A stretch of 61,876 bases of DNA, the filler included, from Sphacelaria rigidula (Eukaryota): assembly GCA_964200075.2 (NCBI GenBank). It is 5 parts of 5 records of this genome, joined end to end, with 100 filler letters (N's around TTAATTAATTAA, not from the genome) between each part and the next. Parts side by side here need not be neighbours in the genome. Positions count along the whole stretch, not along the records: positions 49,584 to 61,876 come from CAXNAA020003914.1; 4 more parts are not named here. One strand, written 5' to 3'. Positions 51,995 to 61,876 of this stretch are shown piece by piece. The first letter of the stretch is position 1; each line of letters begins with the position of its first letter. Under the pieces are notes generated by a model. It had not been told where the DNA came from, searched no databases, and saw nothing but the letters and a program-made list of their open reading frames with translations. A program made the translations under genes and the position numbers.

Positions 51995-53918
51995 ACTACC
52001 TGCTATTATTACACCAGACATATTGTACTCTGGTGTCTGGCGCCCATTTCTACCTCTTCAATTTTGATATGGCGCAACCGCAGAAAATAATTCTCCCCTC
52101 GGCCGTTCCTCCTTACAAATCTTTACGCCGTCAGCGTTTCCTTTAATCACTTCCTTCAAAACCATTAACTCTTACTTCCCCTGTACACGAAGAAGTATCA
52201 TCCGGCAGAGCTTCGGCCCTCCACTCCGGCGTCTACACGTCCCAAGACTTGGCTGCTACTGGTGACCACGACCGCCATTTGTCCAAGACTTCCAACATGA
52301 AAGACGAGTCGCTACGCTCTCGCTCTGTTGCGAAACGCACACCGTCCAAGACTCCCGACATGATCGACGAGTCGCTACGCGCTCGCTCTGTTGTGAAACG
52401 CACACCGTCTCGGAGTTCCAAAATATCTGCCGAGTCGCCACGCGTTTCCACTGCTGTGCAACGCAAATCGCTCCAGGCTCCCGCCGCGGTTATCGACTCA
52501 CTCCGCGCTCGCGGTGTTGAACGGCATCCGTCCATGCCTTCCGACGCTTTCCGTACGTCGCACAAGGGTTCCGATGCTTTACAGCGCCCGCGACGACACG
52601 GCATGTATCGTGAGGACACTTCTGTTCACCAGCCCTCGCGCCGAACATCCTCCTCGCTTCTTGGCCGCTCAGAGAAGCCTTCCACAGGGCACCTGCCTTC
52701 AGTCACGGCTCTTGAGCACTTGCTCCGTTGATCACCGGCTGTCATTTTTGACGGTCCGGCGACAACTGCTCATTCACAAGCGCTTGCGGCCGCGTTTCAC
52801 ACAGCCGTTCAACATTCAATGTCCTCAGATCATGTTCACTTTGACAGTAGTATGAACCATCAGGCCTCTGTACCAGCGACTGCAGACCATGATGACGAAC
52901 GTTCGACCTCAGATGTTTCCTTCGATTCGGATATGGATGGTGACGACACTGTCCACCATGGTGATCGTACCACTCATGTTCCTGACGTACGTGCATTGCT
53001 ATCAGGATTATCATCGACCACGGGATCGTCACGACCCAAATCTGTCGATCAGACCCGCGTGAGTTCACGGCTGCCCATGAATGCTTCGTTGACTGACATC
53101 CACGCACCCTTACGCGACGGGCACAGCACTCACCGTGCCCTTCCGCCCCATCCTGATGCTGCCACTGTGCGTGCGGTGGAACGACAAATCGCAGATCTCC
53201 GTCGATACCCGCGATCTTCTTCCATCCTGGCTGACGCCCCGACACCTTCGACTACCGTTCCCATCGCAGCCCCTACACCTACTGCAGTTGCAAACATCAA
53301 TACGGATGCAGAAAGCACTCGTGTCACGCCCTCCGCCCCCCGCGCGGCGAAAACTGCGGCTCCTGCCACGGCGGATCAGGATGACACCCCTGTCACGGCC
53401 GCTCCGGCGGGATCGAACCCTTCGCCGCAAGATACTCTGGCCACGAGTTCGGCTCCGGCGCCGGCACCAGATGCTTTCACGGACGACCGCCCCCTGTTGG
53501 GCGTCGAGCATTGCCCGCCGGGCCTTCTTCCCCGACTCTGGTTGCGTGGACCTCGCTCCGATCAGGAGCAGATTCTCGAGGAATACCGCACCCTGCACCC
53601 GGCCACGCACCCTGCGCCACCCTCACAGCGCCTGCACCTTCTGCCGCCATTTCCGGCCCGGCGGAAGCATGCCAGCCCTCGCGCCCACACGCTGCTGCTG
53701 CGGCTCCTACCGCCTCGCCTGCGCGCACTCCGCCATCGCCACCGCAGGACCTTCAAGCCTCGGCGCCCCCTGCCCTCACACCTTGGCTCCGCCTCCAGGG
53801 CAGCGAATGGTCTTGGCTTTCTTGGACGCTACGCTAACTTTCGGGAAAGTACACCCGCAAGAACTTTCTCCGCGCCTCCGAGGAGGCTTGGCGCTCGCTT
53901 ACTCTGCCGATCAACAGC

Positions 53919-55148
53919 ATGATCGTCCCTTTCCTTCAGCAAGGGGGACAACTGCCTAACAACGACCCGGGCGCTCTCACTATCGAACGACTTGTACTCT
54001 ACTCGACGATCGGTACCAGGGACAATCGCCCCGCTTATGAGACCTCCGTCGCCACCTTCTTCGCTGCTATGCGTGCAGCTCATAACACGCTGTCGCCCGA
54101 CGATGACGGGGCCTGGATCACACCCCACCCCCCTCGCCACCGTCGTGATGATGACTCTGACGACGACCCTCCCGGGGCCGCACCACGCCGCGGTCAAGGG
54201 GCCCACCGCAACAACAACAACGGTCGACGCGCAACCCGGGGCAGCCACAAACGGTCTGGTAATCAGTCTTCAAGTTCATCGACTGCCAGGCACGGCCAAC
54301 ACGCCTCAAAGCGATCCGTACGGCCCTCACCGGCCGTCAGGCAAGTAACGCCCCCTTTGGCGTCTGCGTCTGCTCGCCTCCTGGGTCTTACTGACAGTGA
54401 TAGTGACAATTCGGCTCGCTCATTGTCTTCTACCTCGGCTCGATCACTAGGTGCCGCTGATAAAGCCGCTTCCGATACTCGTAGAGAAGCGTCTTGTGTC
54501 GCCGCGATCAAGCGTGAGTACTTACAGATGGATGTCAAGAAACTTTGGCATATCAAAACCATGCCTGCTGCAGACAATGAGGACTCTGGTCAGTTTACGT
54601 CCGCTCTCATTTCCTCAGTGCGTCGAACGATGCGCAACATCCTTGAGTTGGCCGATGCAACTGGACAACAATGTTTCGAAGACTTCGACTGGATTGATGG
54701 ATGGCAAACCCCGTTACACAAGACTTTGCATCGCTCAATCAACCGTCGCTCCCCTGACGTCGCTGCTTCTTTGACGCAGATCCTCGACTCCTTCTCCGAC
54801 GCAATGGATGGAGATTGTGCCGGCGGGCAAACAGCGCCGCTATTATTCGTCAATTTGGAAAGGCGCATCATAAGTTATTATGATAAGTCTGATCAGGCAA
54901 GCGCCATCAAGCGCCTCAGTTCTTTCGCCGTGGCAACAGACGTGCCCTTTGCTGACTACCTACGCGAATTCAAGCTTTTGGTGTCTAGTGTAACTGGTAC
55001 TGGCCGACAGAATGGCCCTAGTGATGCTATGTGTCAGAAATATGTTCGCAATAGTATCGCTCAGCAATTTCCGATGCTGATGCCGTCTCTGCTTCCGGGC
55101 GCTTTGGGGCACAAAGAGGTGCCTTACGCCTCCGTAAACGCGATGTGA
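53919..55148 (+). pseudogene. gag-like fragment of the Gypsy element
   Basis: Lies upstream of the protease. LSSFAVATDVPFADYLREFKLLVSSV resembles the retrotransposon gag homology region. Confidence 0.55.
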
Positions 55149-55699
55149 ACTGCATTTGTAGATGAAGAACATAATTTAACGCCTGCCATTCGTGGCACCC
55201 AGTGTCATTCTGGGTCTTCGCAGACCTTGCGTGCCGCATCCACGACTACCTCCGGGTCTCGTGGACGCACTCAAGCCCCGTAGTCATGCCCCCAAGGTCG
55301 CGCGAGCATTGACACGCGCCCCTCCCGTCAGCGGAAAATTCCGACCTCATTCTCCCCCAAAAGCGGCGACTTTGAGCTCGATGACATTGCCAGGCATCCA
55401 AGAGGAATCCCAATCGGATCTTTCAGACGGTACCGCTTCCTCCCCTGATGGCCCCAGTGGCATTTCGCAGCAATCTATTTTTATTGATGACCCCTGTGCT
55501 TCCAAGCCAGTCATCTACGAGATTGATCAAAACTCTGATTCACGCTGCCCTTCACGATCGGATCAGACGCCCGCGCTATCTACCGATACCTTCGAACCCC
55601 CCGCGGATCATCCGTCATCCGTTTTCACGGTCAGTCCGACTAATCCTGACCAATTCACGTTATCTGAGCATGGCCATGACCTCGTCGGTAGTAAAGTGT

Positions 55700-56330
55700 T
55701 CGTTGATCCTCCCACCTTCACTACCCGCGTCGCATTACACTGCGGCCCTTACGCCACCACGCGCGCCAAGTGCGTCTCGTTGCTAGACAGCGATAGTCCA
55801 CAGACATTGATCAAAGAATCCATGCGGAACCACATGAAGCAGACTAGCGCTGCTTCCGATGTTTGCGAAATCACCACCCAACCTCGCGTTCGGGGTGATT
55901 TCGGCGACTCCAAAACACCCTTGACGACACAAAAGTCTGTTCGTCTTAGTGTACCGTTTTTCCACAATGATACATGTTCTGCTAGTCTCGCAGTCTAGGC
56001 TTGCATTGTCCCTGACAGCACCATGCATCATGGACTGATGCCGAGATAGCCCCCCCACGAAACGTGCATCGGAGACCGTTCGACAAATCGGCTGCGATCC
56101 CACTCTTGGGCTCGTTTGCAACAATTTCGCTCACATGAGAGGGGTGTAGCAGTCCTAAATTAGCTATAACGCCCAAATGAGTCGCGTCGTGCAGCACGAA
56201 ACCAGCTCTCACGGCATTTATGATCATCGCCTTCGTGCACTTTCTTGGCCGGTTCGTGGGGGGGTTATCTCGGCAGCAGTTCATGCTCTCCTTCTTGGCA
56301 GAGGTAGCTACATGCGGTTCGACCAACGTA
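55700..56330 (+). pseudogene. Aspartic protease of the Gypsy element, interrupted by a MITE
   Basis: CVSLLDSDSPQTLI (degenerate LDSGS) and a C-terminal HALLLGR motif, which rejoin in frame once the 56033-56281 MITE and one TSD are removed. An in-frame stop remains at 55996-55998. Confidence 0.75.
56033..56281 (-). mobile_element. MITE, 249 bp, inverted copy of 51747-51994, 4-bp TSD CATG
   Basis: catg|gactgatgccgagatagccccccc ... ggggggttatctcggcagcagtt|catg. Confidence 0.9.
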
Positions 56331-56947
56331 CGTACCGCACCCTCCCACCATTATCGCCTCAGTCGGCGCCTCGTGGAGAACTCCAACTGGAACACTTTGG
56401 TACCCTCAATGGTGCCTTAGCCTACAAAACGAATGAGTAGGCTACTGGAGCGGCTTACCATCTTCGGTACAATGGCAGTTCTGGCGTCACCCGTTCCGAC
56501 GAGCCTCAACGCTTGGAAGTTTTGCTTGTTCGCCGCAACGATATGCCTGCCCTCACCGGCCACTACCTTGCGGAATTACTACCTAAAGTCCGTGCGCCCG
56601 CTGGCACTGAGCATTTTGTCTCGGACGGCGAACAACTCCTGCCTCTCACAGGCCATGCTAATTTGGAACCTGGCGATGTCTTGGGCATCGCCGCGGCTCC
56701 TCTTATGCACATTCCTCTGGAAACCTGTGTAGCCGACCCTCCGGCGCCTGATCTCACACCGCGGACTGATGGTTTTGTTCACTGCGTTGATGAGCCATAG
56801 TTCGATCTATCCCCCTCACCCCCGACTCGGATTTCTGCGGTGGAATTCGACCGACCCCCTGCTGAACCTCCTGATGAAGTGCTTCAACGCTCATCGGTCG
56901 AGTCTCGGAAACATTTCTTGCAAATGTGACACCAACTTCCACCTCAT

Positions 56948-58380
56948 TTGCGTGATATCCATTTTGACCTACATGGTCCGGGCTGGGAGCCCGCCGTCAC
57001 CCAAGAGCTACAAGATGTTCTCCTGGAATATCAGGACAGATTTTCCCGATCCAAGACGGATCTCGGGCATTGTAAAACGTTGCCGTTCGAGATAACCCTG
57101 GAACCTGGCTTCTCGCCAATCTCATCTCAACCGTATCGAACAAATCCCCTCCTCACCAAGAAGATCGATGTTATTTTGGATGCCTACTTAGGAGCTGGTC
57201 TGAGTCAACACTCGTCTTCGCCATGGGCCTCACCCCTCGTGGTCGTCCCCCAAAAAGATGGCAACATACGCATCACCGAGAACTACAAAGGGCTGAATCG
57301 CGGCCCTGTCGTGGGAAAAATTCCCATATCTCGCATCGACGAAATCTTCGGCTCTCTCGGCGAAGGAAAACTTTTCAGCACTTTCGATCTGGCCTCTGGA
57401 TTTTTCCACAATGCAATTCACCCCGATACAGTTCCCTTGACGGCGTTCTGTACATCTTCAGGGCTTTTTGAATGGCTTCGTATGCCACAAGGCGCTGCCA
57501 CCGCACCCGGCTGCTTTCAACGCCTCATGCAACGCGTTACTGACGGTCTCGAGCATGTTATCATATATATAGACGATGCTATCGCTTTTGATGCCTCCCC
57601 CAAGGCGCATGTTCGCACTCTACGGGAATTTCTCTCCCGCTTGCGTACACACGACTTGAAATTGTCTCCATCCCAAGCTCGACTCGGAGCCACTGAATTG
57701 GGGTTTTTGGGACACTCTATCTCTCCTGCTGGATTGCACCCAGACACGAACAAGGTCAAGGCTATGACTGATATGCCCATGCCCACCAATATTTCGCAGC
57801 TTCGCTAGCTGTTGGGTGAACGTTCATATTATCGCAAATTTTTGCCCAACATGTCCAAGCGGATCCGGCCCATCACAGAATTACTGAAGAAAAACGTCCC
57901 GTCTGTCTTCACTGAAGAAATGGAAACCACCGTCCGCGAACTGCTCAAAACACTGACCGAAAAACCGGTTCTTTGTTTTCCGGATTGGGACGCGGTACAA
58001 GACGGCTCACGTCTTTTCCAACTACACACCGATGCTAGCACAGATGGATTCGGCGCAGTTTTGAATCAGCCCTAATTGGATGGCTGTGTGCAACCTATTT
58101 TGTACATCAGCCGCGGAACACTCCCGAACGAGGCAAACTGGAGTCCACTCGAACTAGAAGGCGGAATCATAACTTGGGCTATTAAAAGGCTTCGACAGTA
58201 CTTGCTCCACGTGCCTTTCCACATCTATACAGATCACGGAGCTCTTGCACAACTCGCTGAGGTTGGAGAACATAACCCACGCCCGTACAACGGTGGCTGG
58301 AGTTCTTGACTGCTTACCAGTACACTGTTAAGCACCGTCCGGGCAAAACCAACGGCAACGCTGACCTTCTTTCGCGATTG
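56948..58380 (+). pseudogene. Reverse transcriptase + RNase H of the Gypsy element
   Basis: SSSPWASPLVVVPQKDG, FSTFDLASGF, RMPQGAATAPGCFQR, YIDDAIAF, FLGHSIS; RNase H FQLHTDASTDGFGAVLNQ, WSPLELE, FHIYTDH, HRPGKTNGNADLLSR. Stops at 57808 and 58075. Confidence 0.95.
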
Positions 58381-59049
58381 TCTCTGCCCCCTACAGGGGT
58401 AGATTTCAGTCCCGCTTGCCGCTTGACTGAACCTGATGAACCAGGCATCTACCCCATCCGGCGTTTTTCTACGCCCAATTACGCGCTTGACCTGCAATGC
58501 CCTGCAACAGGTCTGCACATGGGGGGGGCCCGCCCTCTGCCCCCCGATGCAGTTTTGGATGGCTTAGCGCCCACAGCTGCTGACTTTGCCGACTTCCGCA
58601 CTTTCGGCCCTCGCGCGAACATCTCGGCGCCGCCACCACCAACTGTTCATCTCATCTCCGACAACACGCGTTCTCGGTCGGCAGCTCGCGCAAATTCTTC
58701 GCGGGCCGTGATTCCACCGCCGCCGTCGGCGGCTTCTAGCAATGCGTCGCCGCCGCCGCCTCGTGCCCCCACGAGCCGTACAACACCTACCACAACCGGC
58801 CACGCGCCCACTGTTGTACCGACAAAGTCCGCGCCCCTTGTGCGCTCAACGCGCCGGTTACGTTCACCAGTTCGCGCTACCCCCCGCAGCCTTCTGAGAA
58901 TCTCCCTGCATCTGCGCCTCTGACTCGCGGTCCGCATGCGTCAGATCCGCTTCCGCACCAAAATATTGAAGTCGGCACCCCTGCCTCTTCACCTGTGCCA
59001 CCCCCCTGAGCCACCGTGCCTGGTTGACTCTCCGGCTGAAGGCCAACTT

Positions 59050-60645
59050 CGAGAATTTCTCGCTAGCTACTCTCACCGCTATTGGGCTCGCGACCAACAA
59101 CAGGAACCGTCCTGTCGCGCGACAACGCGGTACTTACGCCTTAACTGCCCCACCCCTGTCCCGGCTGAGATCCTGACCCCCGTGGGCACTCTATCCGCCC
59201 CCACCGCCTCTGAAGTGCTCGAGCTGGCACGCAAAGGTACTATCTTCGCGACTAACAACGACGTTTACTTGCTTGTTCGCCGACCCAACTCCCATTTGGG
59301 CACGGCTGCCGCAGTAACAGCTGCCACTTCGGCACGCATGCGTCATGACGCCCCTATCCGCATCTATGTCGTTACCATGATGCGTCCGTGAGTCATGAAA
59401 GGCTGTCACTCTGATTTGTCCTGCAATTTAGGCGTCACGCGCACGTTAGCGCTTCTTGAACGCTTTTATTGGTGGATCGGCATGGAAGCATCCACGCGTT
59501 TTTGGATACGACGCTGTTTCAAATGTCAGGCTCGCAAAACCTCTCGACAGACTGTACGATGGCCGGTGATTTCCATGGAGCTTCCTAACGCCCCTGGTAA
59601 CTTCGTATCGTTTGACTACTTCGGTCCTTTACCCACCACTGACCGTGGTAATACCTACATTCTGCTTTTCACCGATCGTTTCAGCCGTCACGCAGCTATG
59701 TACGCTGTTACTGCTAGCGATTTCACTGCTGCCGGCACAGCGGACATTCCCGTCCATGACTTCATTAAGCACTATGGCTGCCCGAGACGGCTCCTCTCCG
59801 ACAATAGTCAACAATTTTGCTCCAAACTCTCGGATGCTTTGTACAAGCTCCTCGGCATTCGCAAAATTGCCACGAGCGCCTACCTCCCTAACGGTAACGG
59901 TGGAGCTGAACGTGTGAACCACACGATGGATCAAATGCTATCCACGGTCGTAAACGACCGGCAAAATGACTGGGACCTTCATCTCTCGCATGTCATGCTG
60001 TCTTACAACAACTCGGTTGACGCGGCTACCGGTCTTTCGCCCAACGAACTGCATCTTGGACGCTACCCTCGTCTGCCCGTCACCGTTTTCGAAAGACATA
60101 CCTTCGATGGTCACCAGAGTCTGGAACAGGATCAGATGTCTCACCACGACCTCGCCAGGGCTCGTCAGCGCAAGGCTTTCACCTTGGTGCACGAACAACA
60201 CGCTATCAACGCCTCACGCCTTGAAAGATCCAATACCGCCCTCTACAACTTGATGCACAAACGCCCTACTTGGAAAATCGACGATTGGATCTGGATCTAC
60301 AACAGTTTGTCCTCTGTCCGTCAAGGCGCTGACCGCACTGCCCAGGCAACAGTCTTGAAGACGAAACTGTCCCTCAATTGGACGGGTCCATTCAAAATTC
60401 TCATCGTCGGACCCTCGCCGACGTCTCCTGACGGGAAGCCTGTTGGCGACAAACTCCTCTACCTCGATTTACCTCGTGACCTCCAGGGGCACGACGCTAA
60501 ATCTCGCGTCTCTGTGCATCTTTGCAAGCCTCGCACGAACCCGCATGACACCACGGACATGCCTCAATACCTGCCTGCAGGTCTCACTCAATACGTGCTC
60601 AACAGCTACTCAACAAAATCTCCACCGTACCACGTTACCACCGAT
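59050..60645 (+). pseudogene. Integrase of the Gypsy element (degenerate HHCC, DDE core, GPF motif)
   Basis: CHSDLSCNLG...RCFKCQARK, VSFDYFGPLP, LLSDNSQQF, NGGAERVN, NWTGPFKI. Confidence 0.93.
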
Positions 60646-60692
60646 GATGGATGGACTCGCACAGCTGAGGCTGTCCGCAACAATGCTCATTT

Positions 60693-60843
60693 TTCCCAAT
60701 TCCTGTATGAATTGGCGGGCAAAGTGAGAATTCATTTCGAGCAGCTTCTGCTGTACAAGTTTGAATTCTCCCAGTTTATGGGATTTGTACAGCAAAAGCT
60801 GCTTAAAATGAATTCTCTTGTTGCCCAATATTGGAAATTGGGC
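60693..60843. repeat. Palindromic repeat abutting the truncated integrase
   Basis: gagaattcatttcgagcagcttctgctgtacaa (60726-60758) pairs with 60785-60817 (3 mismatches), with weaker pairing outward. Related to 14387-14600. Confidence 0.7.
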
Positions 60844-61811
60844 AAGGAGAGGATTTACTTGGAGCAGTGTCATGGGGAGAATATTAGCCTGTTGTCACAC
60901 CGCCTCAGACTCATCGATGAGTCCGGCTTTACATTTCATCCAGGCTAGTTCAAGACTGCAGGTCTGTTTAGAGTTGGTCAGATACGAGTATGAACTTGTA
61001 TATAGCAGGGACAGCGACATGGAGGGCTTGGGTGTGTCGTGCCACACCCAAGCCACTACACTCCTTTCCCAGCAAAAACGTTAACACCAGTGAGACTGAT
61101 TGATTGAGCGTGAGAGATTGGGTACTGTGAAGGTTGAGATCAAGTAAGCGAGAAGAAATATGAGCTACCTACGCGTGACATCCTGATACCTTTGACAATC
61201 TGTGTGAGGGTGGTACACAGTGTGAACGCACACTGTACAGTACCTGTGCCTTATTGTGCGGCTTGATTGTCCAGTCTCTTGACTGGCCCCTTGCCTTGCC
61301 TAGTGAGCCTGTGCCTGCCATACATCCAGCACGACCTCATTACATTTGATGTTTGACTAGGGAATCTCTTCTTTTGCGATTGTGTTTCCCTTCTTACCAC
61401 AAGCTGCATCTCTGTTTGTCGCATTGCGTGCGCGTGTTCTGTTTTTGAGATTTTTTCTCTCCTTGTTCTTAGGTTGAGTGTAGACAAATTCTACCGAGCT
61501 GTTTCCGACCTGCTACGTAGTCAGTTGTTTGCTACTGTGAAGCATTCCCTTTTGTGTTACCCTGTGCATTTTTGCTTGCGACTTGCGGACCTTTCTGCCT
61601 GCTGCAGCATTTGACTGCACGCCTTGCGCCACGCTGTGTCAAGCGCGCATCGACGCGCCAACCCCACTTTGTTGTGCATTTTGCGCATAGATACCTGCAC
61701 TATACGTGCGTGTTACCGTTCTTGCACCTGCACAACGCACCCATCCCTGGTTGCAGAGTACAGACACGCCCTCACGCCGAGCCATTGCTGGCTGGAGTAC
61801 TTTGCCTTGCT

Positions 61812-61876
61812 GACACTTGCTACGATAGCCCCCCCCCAAAACCAGCTAAAAGTGTCACGAAAAAAATGGCCATACA
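61812..61876 (+). mobile_element. Left end of another GAC...gatagccccc MITE, truncated by the window edge
   Basis: gacacttgctacgatagccccccccc aaaaccagc...tgtcacgaa...gccataca resembles the left end of 358-610. Confidence 0.55.

Larger units (their letters stand above)
52069..60645 (+). mobile_element. Degenerate Ty3/Gypsy LTR retrotransposon internal region (gag-PR-RT-RNaseH-IN); no LTR pair recognised
   Basis: Domain order PR-RT-RH-IN. Many stops and frameshifts. Integrase similarity ends at about PPYHVTTDD. The 5' boundary is approximate. Confidence 0.93.

Noticed and set aside
52038..52046. tggcgccc as the Gypsy primer-binding site
   Set aside because: Only 8 nt, not preceded by a recognisable LTR end, and no matching 3' LTR in the window.

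Overview
Eukaryotic genomic scaffold, inferred to be from a brown alga or other stramenopile (GC near 50%, long repeat-rich introns, eukaryotic TE content; the organism is not proven). Five contigs are joined by four artificial 100-nt linkers (44 N + TTAATTAATTAA + 44 N), so adjacency across these gaps is unverified. Three spliced host genes lie on the + strand: a DUF493/YbeD-like gene (~8180-10719), SSU72 CTD phosphatase (22914-24425, last exon not seen, with an unusual ~216-aa Pro/Ser-rich N-terminal extension), and a 5'-incomplete coiled-coil gene of at least 1876 aa (37686-46950). An ~11.7-kb satellite of 218/219-bp monomers (24794-36459) shows an imperfect A-B-C higher-order pattern and a divergence gradient. 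A decayed Ty3/Gypsy element (~52069-60645) occupies the right end; one copy of a GAC...GTC-ended MITE with a 4-bp TSD interrupts its protease and a second lies just upstream. A decayed XPG/PIN-nuclease + Cys8 (CXC) gene resembling AcademX transposon proteins lies at ~1864-3480 on the minus strand. Intergenic DNA is dense with small non-autonomous elements: piggyBac-like TTAA MITEs, a foldback MITE, a tandem tRNA-derived SINE dimer and TIR elements with internal minisatellites. No CRISPR array, rRNA or intact tRNA was found. Most short ORFs in the supplied track are spurious.
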